Below, one piece after another: positions 6,866 through 15,830 of a DNA stretch of 20,000 nt. Location: positions 53,987-73,986 of the IMG/VR virus record IMGVR_UViG_3300037512_001285; one strand, written 5' to 3'. The first letter of the stretch is position 1, and each line of letters begins with the position of its first letter. Both the position numbers and the translations under genes were made by a program. Source of the DNA: an uncultured virus (IMG/VR IMGVR_UViG_3300037512_001285) (taxonomy: Duplodnaviria; Heunggongvirae; Uroviricota; Caudoviricetes). Below the pieces are notes generated by a model. It was not told the DNA's origin and did no database searches. It saw only the letters and a list, made by a program, of their open reading frames with translations.

Positions 6866-8860
6866 TTATTCTTCTTCGGAAGATTTCTTCTTTTTCTTTT
6901 TCTTTGTTTGTTTTTGATCGTCATCCTCAACAGGTTTGTTCTCTTTTTTCTTTTCTGCTTCTTTCTTTTGTTTATCCTTAATGAGATCTTCTACAACAAG
7001 TTTTAGTGAATCATCTTGAAGAAGTTTTTCTGTTATGTTTGCTGCTATCTTATTCACTATAGATTCCCAATCATAGTTATCGCCATTTACCCTATCCAAG
7101 GCAGCAGAACCCTGATCCAAGGCAGCAGCGCCCTTATCTGCAGCAGCCATAGCTTCAGCATCAGATGCTTCGCCACCAGCGAGATGAAGTTCTTCAATTT
7201 CATCTTGTTTGAGTTTGTTATTGAGTTTGAGGTCTTGATCTGATAATTTCAGGTATTTCTTCACCAAGAACTCAGATGAGAAGTACTTAATTTCATTTCC
7301 TTCAACATCCATATCAATCATACTGTCTTTCATTGTTTGGATATGGTCGACGCGCTTTTGCATCAACTCTAATTCCATCATCTCTTCAAACAGATTGTAA
7401 CTCTTAAACTGAAGGCTCACGGCTTCAAGAATTTGTTTATTCTCTTGTAGCTCTGGAATATCAAGTGCAAGCTGAATCTTAAGGGGTTTAAGCATAATTT
7501 GTGCAAATTGATTACGAAGTCTATTCACAAATCTTGCAAAGTCAATCTCAATCCTTGCAGTGTTTGTTGCATCCGTACCAAACCATGTCTCACCACTTTC
7601 TTGGTCAAACCTACTGAGAGGAATCTTAGAAATCTTATAAAGTTGGTTCTTGAAGTACTTCAACTGATCGTTATCATTGAGATCAGGACCATCACCACCG
7701 ATACTCTCAATCTGTGGGCTACCACTATCACCTTCGGGCATCCAATACTCTTTATTGAATGGCATTGTCGCCTGTCCGTTAATTGTCAATTCGCCAGTAT
7801 CGCCAATGAACTTGATATCTTCTTTATATCTATTCATTGCACTCATAACAGTTTGTTGACCAGTGGCTTTGTTCATACCCTTAATAGGAATAGTGAACTT
7901 CATCTTATAGGAACTGTTAGTAATTGTCCAAATAAGTTGAGCCTGCTCAACAATACGATAGATATTAAACGGACGAATAAGTCTCTCGAGATAACTCACG
8001 CGCGAAATAGCATTGGTTTCTTGATATGCTATATAAATAACCTGACTATCAAGAAGAGTACGTTCACGTCCTTGAATACCCTTAAACTGCACCCAATACC
8101 ATTTACCATTTTCATATTTTCTAGTGAGCGTGGCAGCATCAAGTGGAACAAGCCCAATGATTCTTGTAGGCTTCTCAAGCGAGTCATACACAATTTCCCA
8201 ACTTAAGTTACCTTCAACTAACCATCTCTTAAAATCATCCCATGCATTATACTTCCAATTCAACATCTTATAAAAACGACGAAAATGAGTATTCATAGAA
8301 TCCTCTACTTTCTTCGCAGCTTCTTTAGCAAGATCTTGTATCTCAAGTGGTTCAATAAATGGTTCTGCAAAATAAGTCAAATCACCATCATACACGATGC
8401 CTTCATTTGACATTGTATCCAGGATATCTTCAAGTTCTGGTTGAACTGCAAGTTTACGGAGAGCTTCTCTCTTCTGTGCATAATCCTTTTCAAAGAAGTT
8501 TTTATCAGCATTACTCTTTACCTTCCAAGAATTAATCATTTGATTGAATAAGTCTTGATTCTCGAGCTGTGTTTCTTTAGGAAGGAGATTCTTATCTGCA
8601 GGGATAGCGCGCATGTTTTTTACAACATCGTCTTCATAGTCCATTCCCCAACGGGCCATGTTAGAAAAGAACTTTGCGATGGTTCTCTTCTTTTTCTTCT
8701 GCTCCTGTTCCTGTGCATATCTTGGACGGAAGTTTGTAGTTACATTAAATCCTGGTATATTCTTTGGATCAAGTGGTTGCCCGAGTTCATATCCTTCTCC
8801 AATAAACACACTACTGCCATCGCTTCCTGGTTTTCTTTCTATTTGAGTAGATTCATTCAT
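6866..8860 (-). CDS. Portal protein, T4 gp20-like
   Basis: gp20-type motifs RKLAVQPELEDILD..NEGIV, FKRWLVEG, SYLERLIRPFN..RIVEQA.LIW, EYWMP, LKYFKNQLYKISKIPLSRF, EIDFARFVNRLRNQF. Confidence 0.93.
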   Translation of the reverse strand: MNESTQIERKPGSDGSSVFIGEGYELGQPLDPKNIPGFNVTTNFRPRYAQEQEQKKKKRTIAKFFSNMARWGMDYEDDVVKNMRAIPADKNLLPKETQLENQDLFNQMINSWKVKSNADKNFFEKDYAQKREALRKLAVQPELEDILDTMSNEGIVYDGDLTYFAEPFIEPLEIQDLAKEAAKKVEDSMNTHFRRFYKMLNWKYNAWDDFKRWLVEGNLSWEIVYDSLEKPTRIIGLVPLDAATLTRKYENGKWYWVQFKGIQGRERTLLDSQVIYIAYQETNAISRVSYLERLIRPFNIYRIVEQAQLIWTITNSSYKMKFTIPIKGMNKATGQQTVMSAMNRYKEDIKFIGDTGELTINGQATMPFNKEYWMPEGDSGSPQIESIGGDGPDLNDNDQLKYFKNQLYKISKIPLSRFDQESGETWFGTDATNTARIEIDFARFVNRLRNQFAQIMLKPLKIQLALDIPELQENKQILEAVSLQFKSYNLFEEMMELELMQKRVDHIQTMKDSMIDMDVEGNEIKYFSSEFLVKKYLKLSDQDLKLNNKLKQDEIEELHLAGGEASDAEAMAAADKGAAALDQGSAALDRVNGDNYDWESIVNKIAANITEKLLQDDSLKLVVEDLIKDKQKKEAEKKKENKPVEDDDQKQTKKKKKKKSSEEE
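7094..7128. repeat. 14-bp direct repeat at 21-nt period within the portal C-terminal tail
   Basis: atccaaggcagcag at 7094 and 7115, encoding GAAALDQ/GSAALDR. Confidence 0.8.
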
Positions 8861-8863
8861 AGT

Positions 8864-8873
8864 TAAATAATAA
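8864..8873 (-). promoter_or_regulatory. TTATTATTTA motif 3 nt before the portal ATG
   Basis: catagtTAAATAATAAc. Confidence 0.65.
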
Positions 8874-8888
8874 CGGTATAGTTAACAT

Positions 8889-8919
8889 AAAAAAAGAACT
8901 TTCAAAAGAAAGTTCTTTT
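8889..8919. terminator. Bidirectional-type terminator upstream of the portal
   Basis: aaaagaactttc-aaaa-gaaagttctttt perfect 12-bp stem; T7 run on the minus strand. Confidence 0.8.
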
Positions 8920-8922
8920 AAA

Positions 8923-9409
8923 TTAACTTAACCAACCTTTACTCTTCCACTTTTTAAATATTGATGAAAGTTTGGCTGTTGCTGGGCTATGTTTACGTAT
9001 CCAAAGAGATAATCCATTTTGTTTATAGACTTTCATTACATCTTTAACAGGAACTGATACTGAATAAACCTCAATATCATATCCACCACGATCTCCAACC
9101 TGACCCCAATAGGCATAATCTACATTAATATCATCAACCTTATTCCAATTCACTTTACCAATTATTCTATCGAGATTCTTAGGAATAGACCAATGTTTGC
9201 CATCATCCCATTTTACCCCTCCGTTTGCACACATATACCCACTACAATCTTCTGGAGTCCATATGAGACATACATGATTCCTACCTTTCATATGAAAGAT
9301 TATCATCAACATGTTCTTTTGATACAAGTGCAAGAACATGTACATTATCATCACTGGTAGCTGGACCAGTGAGCATTGCTTCGTTTACTATATCGGTTAG
9401 ATGTTTCAT
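8923..9409 (-). pseudogene. Frameshifted gene (or two overlapping ORFs): MKHLTDIVNEAM...LSYER* (9409-9281) continuing in the +1 frame as ...GRNHVCLIWTPED...KGWLS* (to 8923)
   Basis: the family leader starts at 9409 just after the upstream stop; TAG at 9281-9283; removing one A from GAAAGG gives a single 161-aa ORF. Confidence 0.6.
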
Positions 9410-9410
9410 A

Positions 9411-9977
9411 TTAGAATCTTCCGTATTTCTTTTCAATATATTTCCATGCTTCAACTGGATCATCAATGAATGTCCTTGGAACGTCGGACCATTCATCATA
9501 CTTATGGTTGCTCTCTTCTGCGCTCTTTGGTTCGATCCACTCAACTGGACGAAGGGTCTTACCAACACGACTTGCAGCTGCGGTTACAAGGAATGACCAT
9601 TCGAACATATTTATCGAGATGAATGGGTTATATACTACGACATAACCTTTAGGATTAACTCCACGAGAAGTGTCAAAGTAGAGCTCAAGAACGTTACCAT
9701 CTTTGGTGATTTTTGACTTCTGCCATTGTTTGATGTTATTGTCAACCATTATCTTATCAACCTCAATCATTGACTTCATCTTCTTCGCTAACTCCTCAGG
9801 TTTTTCGCGACCTTCTTTTATACGAGCAATAAGAATATCCTCAACTGTTGAGTTCTTATTATAAGGCATTAATATTCTTTTGAATATATATCTCAAATCC
9901 TCACCAGAGAGTATATCTGCAAAATCCTTAACGGGATCGAAAATAGATTCTTTTACATATGATACAAGATGTTTCAT
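9411..9977 (-). CDS. Hypothetical protein with MKHLVSYVKESIFD leader
   Basis: 188-aa ORF, TAATG-coupled to the VWA gene. Confidence 0.85.
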   Translation of the reverse strand: MKHLVSYVKESIFDPVKDFADILSGEDLRYIFKRILMPYNKNSTVEDILIARIKEGREKPEELAKKMKSMIEVDKIMVDNNIKQWQKSKITKDGNVLELYFDTSRGVNPKGYVVVYNPFISINMFEWSFLVTAAASRVGKTLRPVEWIEPKSAEESNHKYDEWSDVPRTFIDDPVEAWKYIEKKYGRF

Positions 9978-11098
9978 TATTCCATATCTTCTTTTTTAAT
10001 ATGAACACACTTGGTCTTGATATCCTTATACTGGAGATCAAATCCAGGGTTATCGACAATCACCCAACAGAGATTCTTACAAATCTTTGGATTACGCTTT
10101 ACCTGGTCAATATAACCATCTGTGAAAATCATAACTATATCCGCAATCTTTCTACGGAACTGTGGATCTGTTGCAAGCATTCTAAAACAAGGTTCAACCT
10201 CAGTACCACCACCAGCTGCAATATTAGGAGCTTTCATTTCCTTTTTGAATTCGGTCAAACTCTTGAACACCATTATCTTACTTACTCCACTACCAAAGTA
10301 CATAAGAACGAGTTTAAGTGGTTTCTTTGCAAGCGCAACTCCATATACCTCACCGAGACACGCTTTGATATCTTTTTCAGACATAGATCCTGATGTATCA
10401 ACCATTGCAACCATATAGTCCATACTATCGTACTTATCCTTGTCCGCACGAGCAATACGATCCTGACTGACAAGTGTGTTCTTATGTGCGAATGCCTGAC
10501 GGGGGTCATCTGGTGTGATTGCTTGACCAACAACTCTCTTTAACTCTTTCCTCCAGTCTTTCGTAGGTTTATAGATAGATTCAAGTCTTGCTGCAAAAGC
10601 AGCGGGTCCACCACCACGACTCTTATCTGTTTGTTGTTTGAGTTGTTTTGCCATTTTAAGGGCGTTGTCTTTCCAGTCGCGCGCGGTCTGGTCATCACTT
10701 CCTCCATCTCCTTTATCATATCCTTCGTTTTTAGCTATTTCATCGCCGGTTTTGCGGTCTATATAACCACCAGCAGTTCCAGGAACATCATCAAGACTAT
10801 TAGGTCCAATACAATCTTCAGGCTGAACTACACCTTGGTTTCCACTTCCACGGCTACCGCTGCCGCTTCCAGCACCTTGACCTTGTGACTGTTGTCCCTG
10901 ACCGGAACTCTGTCCTTGTTGTCCTTCGCCACTAGCGTCACCCATTCCCGGAGGCATCATTCGACCATCCTGTCCCTGTTGAGCTTGCCCGCCCTGACTC
11001 GGTTGTTGAGATTGACCATTCTTACGCTGTTGTTGTATCTGTTTGCGGATGGCATCTATAGCAGCCTGATATCCACTATTATATTCTCTCTGATTCAT
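9977..11098 (-). CDS. VWA-like domain protein (C-terminal half of a DUF2201-type protein) with Q/G-rich N-terminal linker
   Basis: MIDAS motif VDTSGSMS, GGGTEV, IFTDGY, upstream DWRKELKR. Confidence 0.9.
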   Translation of the reverse strand: MNQREYNSGYQAAIDAIRKQIQQQRKNGQSQQPSQGGQAQQGQDGRMMPPGMGDASGEGQQGQSSGQGQQSQGQGAGSGSGSRGSGNQGVVQPEDCIGPNSLDDVPGTAGGYIDRKTGDEIAKNEGYDKGDGGSDDQTARDWKDNALKMAKQLKQQTDKSRGGGPAAFAARLESIYKPTKDWRKELKRVVGQAITPDDPRQAFAHKNTLVSQDRIARADKDKYDSMDYMVAMVDTSGSMSEKDIKACLGEVYGVALAKKPLKLVLMYFGSGVSKIMVFKSLTEFKKEMKAPNIAAGGGTEVEPCFRMLATDPQFRRKIADIVMIFTDGYIDQVKRNPKICKNLCWVIVDNPGFDLQYKDIKTKCVHIKKEDME

Positions 11099-11101
11099 AC
11101 C

Positions 11102-11809
11102 TTAGTTAATGCTTAATTTACCATCCATATAGTCTTTAACAGCATCATTCCATCCTTTAATATAGTCGGGATCAAATTGTTGATTGCTATCACCAGATCC
11201 TCCACCCTGTCCTTGATTCTGTTGTCCTTGATTCTGTTGTGCTTGACCACTTTCGTCTTTATTATTCATACTATTTGAGGGACCTGATGGATTATCTGCA
11301 TAGATCTTTTCATAACCCCAAGTATGATACTTGTTATCAATTAATCCACCCATACCTTTAATAGTACTAGCTTTAATCAATTTAAGATCTTCAGCAAGAG
11401 TGATATTCACCTCATAATCAGCTGCAATATTAGACTTTTTTATAGGATGTCCAAGTTCTTCGGCTCGTCTGAGATGATTGAGAAGATTATGCATAATCTC
11501 ATGAGCAAGAATGAATGTCTTACCGGTGAGATCAAGATGTGATGTGAATTGTGGATTAATAAAGATATTGTATCCGTCGGTGGCCTGAGTATCAACACGG
11601 AATGTGTAAACTGGTCGAAGTTTACTAACAAATCCACCAAGGGCTGGAAGGAGATGTCCAAGTGCAGCACATGCGCGCTGTTGCTCTTCAAGCAATTTCT
11701 GCATGTCTATGACCTCGCCGTCCGGACAAAGAATGGTATCATAATCTTCCCATTTCTTACCGTTGCTATCACGACCACTGTCGAATGCTTCTTTGACTAT
11801 TTTTGACAT
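11102..11809 (-). CDS. Putative Zn metallopeptidase domain protein (DUF2201 N-terminal type)
   Basis: TQATDG..IFINPQF, FILAHEIMH..LNH, NIAADYEVN; Q/G-rich tail; leader MSKIVKEAFD. Confidence 0.88.
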   Translation of the reverse strand: MSKIVKEAFDSGRDSNGKKWEDYDTILCPDGEVIDMQKLLEEQQRACAALGHLLPALGGFVSKLRPVYTFRVDTQATDGYNIFINPQFTSHLDLTGKTFILAHEIMHNLLNHLRRAEELGHPIKKSNIAADYEVNITLAEDLKLIKASTIKGMGGLIDNKYHTWGYEKIYADNPSGPSNSMNNKDESGQAQQNQGQQNQGQGGGSGDSNQQFDPDYIKGWNDAVKDYMDGKLSIN

Positions 11810-11839
11810 GTATATATTTACTAAATTTATCTCTAATCT

Positions 11840-12181
11840 TTAACTAATCGAATTAAGTAATGTAGTAGGGGCTGCTAATGTAAACACACCCGTAACTGGA
11901 CCCGCAGCTGTAACTAATGTCGGCATCGGAGTCATAACAGTACCTATAGGAATCATTATTTGAGCTGATTTAATATATGTATCAATAGCTGATGCTATAT
12001 CAGATGAACATTTACTCGCAGCATTTGCAAATGCTTCTATAGCAGAATCGGGATTAAACTCACTACCGTCGCCAAGATTTTTTGCATTATTTAATTGAGT
12101 ATTCATATCATTAAAAGCATCTTTCATGGCTTTATATATAGCAGTTTCTATCTGTTTTTCTAATACACTTTTGACTAACAT
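11840..12181 (-). CDS. Hypothetical protein, possibly structural
   Basis: 113 aa; helical N-half (IASAIDTYIKSA) and T/P/G-rich C-half. Confidence 0.75.
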   Translation of the reverse strand: MLVKSVLEKQIETAIYKAMKDAFNDMNTQLNNAKNLGDGSEFNPDSAIEAFANAASKCSSDIASAIDTYIKSAQIMIPIGTVMTPMPTLVTAAGPVTGVFTLAAPTTLLNSIS

Positions 12182-12531
12182 ACTAACATTTTATTTTCTT
12201 TGTATCCGGTGACTTTTTCTAATATGTCATTATTTCTACAACAACAAACATTATCAAATATTACTAATCCAGTTGCTTCATATAATTGTTTTTCAAAAAT
12301 TTCTTGAGACGACAAACAATTAATTATTGTATGGTCTTTACAAGAAAGTTTAAGATTGTCAAAAAAAGACATTTTTAATTGAGATGTTTCAAAAATTACA
12401 TTTTCATATTTGAATATGTCTTTTAAATGATCTTCTGATGTAACATATAAACAAGAGTCCTCAAATGATTCTTTTATTGAGGACATCCTGATATATGAAT
12501 TAAGATTGATTATATTTGATTTATTAATCAT
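12175..12531 (-). CDS. Hypothetical protein, possibly a degenerate P-loop/AAA-like fragment
   Basis: 118 aa overlapping both neighbours; IINC...LVIFDNV Walker-B-like segment but no Walker A. Confidence 0.65.
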   Translation of the reverse strand: MINKSNIINLNSYIRMSSIKESFEDSCLYVTSEDHLKDIFKYENVIFETSQLKMSFFDNLKLSCKDHTIINCLSSQEIFEKQLYEATGLVIFDNVCCCRNNDILEKVTGYKENKMLVC

Positions 12532-12871
12532 TCTGTACAGTCATTCCCGATACTATATCAATAACTCTGTCCCCTTCAGCTTCGGATAATTTTTCATATA
12601 CTTTACCGATCTGAAATCTTTGATTGTTAATAATCCTAATTGTATATCCCTGTGTCATATTAGACACCGCCTCATTGAATGTATTGTATTCGTGTTCAAA
12701 CACAAAATAACCCTTCACTACTTCTTCGGCTTCACCGAGAACTTTGGTTGACGGAGTAAAATAAGAATCCTCTATCATCCACTTCTCCATGAGTTCTTCA
12801 ATATTAGATTTGAATGCGTCTCTTACAGCGAGATTCTCTCTGACTAATTGAATATTACTTTTTGTTTGCAT
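12524..12871 (-). CDS. Hypothetical protein
   Basis: 115-aa ORF tightly packed between neighbours. Confidence 0.75.
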   Translation of the reverse strand: MQTKSNIQLVRENLAVRDAFKSNIEELMEKWMIEDSYFTPSTKVLGEAEEVVKGYFVFEHEYNTFNEAVSNMTQGYTIRIINNQRFQIGKVYEKLSEAEGDRVIDIVSGMTVQND

Positions 12872-12878
12872 ATGCTCG

Positions 12879-13703
12879 TTATTTATATATTTCTTCTAAT
12901 TCTTTTGCACAGTTATTGAGTTCTTGGAAGTTAAGGTCATCATCATAATTAAAATCAACACATCCAACAAACCCTATAGGATTCATCTGTCCGTCTCGTA
13001 GAAGATTGAGGGCAAATTGTTTTACTCCGTTTTTGATACATCTTCTATAAAGTATGTCGTCTATCTCCTCAAGTTCCGAACTTCCATCTTCTTGTATTTT
13101 GAAATACACGTAATCTTCTTGAGATATGACCATGGGGAGATTGTCGTGTACTATTATATCACTATTCTTATATATTGTTGTATATTCCCTGAGGTCCATA
13201 TTATTACGACCAGGCTTAAACTTCTCTGCTACTATATCAAATTTACAATACGGAATTCCACTTATACTTGTAGAACCATTATGGAATGTACCAAAGAATA
13301 TATGATCACATCCTATTCTCTCTCTATAGAGTTTAAGTATCCGATGTAGTTTTGGTGCCTGTGTAAACTGTTCAATTATCTTATTAAAATGTTCTTTGTC
13401 ATCTTCTTTTTTTCTTTCAGCCATCTTATCCATAAAGGCTTCCGGACCAGCATCAATTCTCTTATTGAGTAACTCATATTGAGTATCTACTTTATCATTA
13501 ACAAGATCAATCCGTGTATTGACATCGTCAATTTTCTTGTCTACATGTCCTTCAAGTTTATCAATAGATTCGTCGAGTTTCTTCGATGACACCAAATTCT
13601 TCTTCTTATTCTTTAACGCATCCACAATCAAGTATATTATACCAGCAAGTATTAAGCCTAATACGCCAAATTGTGATATTATTTCTACAAGCACTGCTCC
13701 CAT
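12879..13703 (-). CDS. Single-TM, coiled-coil, GAF-like protein; candidate holin (T4 gpT-like architecture)
   Basis: probable start MGAVLVEIISQFGVLGLILAGIIYLIV (TM) then KNKKK, heptad region, CDHIFFGTFHNG...IGFVGCVDF; ORF-track start 13799 overlaps the upstream gene. Confidence 0.65.
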   Translation of the reverse strand: MGAVLVEIISQFGVLGLILAGIIYLIVDALKNKKKNLVSSKKLDESIDKLEGHVDKKIDDVNTRIDLVNDKVDTQYELLNKRIDAGPEAFMDKMAERKKEDDKEHFNKIIEQFTQAPKLHRILKLYRERIGCDHIFFGTFHNGSTSISGIPYCKFDIVAEKFKPGRNNMDLREYTTIYKNSDIIVHDNLPMVISQEDYVYFKIQEDGSSELEEIDDILYRRCIKNGVKQFALNLLRDGQMNPIGFVGCVDFNYDDDLNFQELNNCAKELEEIYK

Positions 13704-13755
13704 TGTATTGTTATTTGATTTCCATATCTTTTTATGATATAAAAATAATGGATAA

Positions 13756-14346
13756 TCATTCAGAAATCTCGGGGTTGTAATGAGCCATGAAGAACGCATC
13801 TGCTAAGTCATCGCATTTAAACCATTCAGGAAGAGACTGTATTCGCTTATCAAGTTTTTTCCATGACATTATCATTACAGACTTTTCGGCAGCTCCGTTC
13901 CCTACAGCATACTTCTTTACTTCCGTTGGTGCTACTATATAGAACTTTATTTTCTTTTCGTGTAACTTCATTCTAATCATTGCATTAAGAAATGATAAGT
14001 CCACAAGAGCAGCTCCACTGACACTTCCATAACTCACCCCCTCCATCGTCACCCAGTCAACAATGTATTTATGCATTATCATATCCAGGACAACCGATAT
14101 TGTCTCCACGAGAACAGCAAGATTTCCAAACTTGATAAACTCTTTTTCGTAGTATTTATCTACATCTCTAACAGATACTTTTTCATATTCACACACATTC
14201 AACCAATCAATCCCTTTTGAGTACTCAAGTGACTTTTTGGTTATCTTTGAAGGAATAAGATAATATATATTAAACCCCCGCCCAGAAACGCACACACCAG
14301 TACTATTAACCGACGGGTCTATACCTATTGTTACGTGTTGTTTCAT
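13756..14346 (-). CDS. ruvC: RuvC-like Holliday junction resolvase
   Basis: IGIDPS...TG, MEGVSYGS, PTEVKKYAVGNG.AEK, DDLADAF acidic catalytic motifs. Confidence 0.88.
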   Translation of the reverse strand: MKQHVTIGIDPSVNSTGVCVSGRGFNIYYLIPSKITKKSLEYSKGIDWLNVCEYEKVSVRDVDKYYEKEFIKFGNLAVLVETISVVLDMIMHKYIVDWVTMEGVSYGSVSGAALVDLSFLNAMIRMKLHEKKIKFYIVAPTEVKKYAVGNGAAEKSVMIMSWKKLDKRIQSLPEWFKCDDLADAFFMAHYNPEISE

Positions 14347-15698
14347 ATTATATCGTCTTTTATTTGAACAAGGAGTTCATCGAGATCACACGTGAATATC
14401 TCTTTCCAGTTGAGATTATGGTCTTTTGCCCATTGGCGTTTGAGAGGATCCCGTTGAGTCCATGTTTCAATATTTTCAAGATACTGTTTTGTTCCTCTTT
14501 TCCTCCAATTATTTACTGTTTCAATATCTTTTGGATCATTAGGATTAAACGGATGTTTTCCATGACTCCAATACCCCTGAATTTCCAAATAGAGGTTACC
14601 ATTTGGAAAATAAAAGTCACATGCGAATGGATACTCATTACTTTTATATTGTCTCTTAAATATAATATTATTTTCTATAAGCCATTGTTCAAACAGCTCT
14701 TCAATTGATGAAGTATTGAATGTTCCGTTTTCTTTTTTAGTATTATAGATTTTTTCTTGAATTTGAGGAGTGATTTCTTTGAGATGATCTTTATATTCTT
14801 GTGTTTGTGTGTAATATTCTACGCCATATTTCTCAATTGAAGTTTGTTTGGCTTTATTTTGAAAATCTTTTACTTTTGCAACATTATCCGTATTATATCT
14901 TCCTATAACGGTCTGTTTAACTTTTTCTCTTACTTCTTTTGTCTTTGATGCATTATCTACTTTATATTTTTTCAAGCACGTTTGTTTAGCTTTTTCTCTG
15001 TTTGAATAATGTTCATTCCCATATCTTTCAAATTTTGTTTGTTTTGATTTTTCTTTTATTTCGGCAACTTGAAATACGTTTTCTGTCCCATAGCGTTCGA
15101 GATTGGTGAGTTTGATTTTCTTTTGATTTGAAACATTATCTACTCCGTACTTTTTAATTTTGTTATTTAAAGATCTTTCAGCAATTTCTTTAATTTTCAT
15201 CGGAGAACTCACGCCATATCGTTCAATACATGTCTGCGTAGCCTTTTCGTGATTCAAATAATACGGATTTCCATATCTTTCAAGCTTGGTTTGTTTATTT
15301 TTTTCTGTATTATTATAGTGAGCATCACCATATTTTTTTAGTTTGGTTTGTTTTACCTTTTCATAAATAGATAAATATCCTTCCCCATATCGTTCTTCTT
15401 TTTTCTCTAAATTCCTGGTGATAATTTCAGGATCGTTGGTTTGACATTTAACTGAACAATATATATGATATCCATGCGCAAAATCTATATAATTCACTTT
15501 ATTATCACAACATTTGCATTTTGGTCTATCGTTCATATTATGATAATACAAATAAAGTAACTCACTAAATTTTTTCCACGGAACATACTTATATGTATCC
15601 AATAAATATTGATAGAATTCAGAAAAGTGTTTTTGAATATAAAGTCTTCCTAAATAATTCCTATTTACAATCAGTTCTTCGATTTTTGGTATCTCCAT
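14343..15698 (-). CDS. Putative free-standing homing endonuclease: Zn finger, 10 K.KQT..ERYG repeats, C-terminal PD-(D/E)xK (Vsr/DUF559-like) nuclease
   Basis: CKCC...YCSVKC; repeats; S.IE...QY...CDFYFP..NLYLEIQGYWSHG; visibly more AT-rich than the flanking ATPase gene. Confidence 0.8.
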   Translation of the reverse strand: MEIPKIEELIVNRNYLGRLYIQKHFSEFYQYLLDTYKYVPWKKFSELLYLYYHNMNDRPKCKCCDNKVNYIDFAHGYHIYCSVKCQTNDPEIITRNLEKKEERYGEGYLSIYEKVKQTKLKKYGDAHYNNTEKNKQTKLERYGNPYYLNHEKATQTCIERYGVSSPMKIKEIAERSLNNKIKKYGVDNVSNQKKIKLTNLERYGTENVFQVAEIKEKSKQTKFERYGNEHYSNREKAKQTCLKKYKVDNASKTKEVREKVKQTVIGRYNTDNVAKVKDFQNKAKQTSIEKYGVEYYTQTQEYKDHLKEITPQIQEKIYNTKKENGTFNTSSIEELFEQWLIENNIIFKRQYKSNEYPFACDFYFPNGNLYLEIQGYWSHGKHPFNPNDPKDIETVNNWRKRGTKQYLENIETWTQRDPLKRQWAKDHNLNWKEIFTCDLDELLVQIKDDII

Positions 15699-15730
15699 CG
15701 ATTATCGTATTACTTAATTTATCTCACAAT

Positions 15731-15740
15731 TAAATAATAA
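15731..15740 (-). promoter_or_regulatory. TTATTATTTA motif 32 nt upstream of the endonuclease ATG
   Basis: TAAATAATAA on +, between a terminator and the gene. Confidence 0.55.
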
Positions 15741-15770
15741 TTTATTTACTTTAATATTTAATTATTTTGC

Positions 15771-15802
15771 AAAAAAAAAGACTCACTTCGTGAGTCTTTT
15801 TT
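15771..15802. terminator. Bidirectional-type terminator after the AAA ATPase gene
   Basis: aaaaaagactcac-ttc-gtgagtctttttt perfect inverted repeat with A/T tails. Confidence 0.9.
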
Positions 15803-15830
15803 AATGATTAACTAATTGATAATTAATAAA

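Noticed and set aside
7499..8206. 235-aa plus-strand ORF and the many other antisense or alternate-frame ORFs in the track
   Set aside because: They overlap well-supported minus-strand genes and have no recognisable motifs; shadow ORFs
9281..9283. TAG-to-Gln recoding (code 15) as the explanation of the short MKHLTD ORF
   Set aside because: Readthrough gives ESCMSHMDSRRL and another TAG; long genes are intact in code 11, and TAG at 12175 behaves as a normal coupled stop
9410..9568. Upstream extension of the 95-aa ORF 9281..9568, and the 9354 start of ORF 8923..9354
   Set aside because: The first overlaps the 188-aa gene; the second gives an implausible Met-rich N-terminus overlapping the MKHLTD frame
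10850..11260. Repetitive Q/G-coding DNA as a possible CRISPR or repeat array
   Set aside because: Low-complexity protein linkers; no constant repeat with unique spacers
12174..12189. 8-bp tandem repeat actaacat at a stop/start overlap
   Set aside because: Short, two copies; explained as a local duplication at a coupled gene junction
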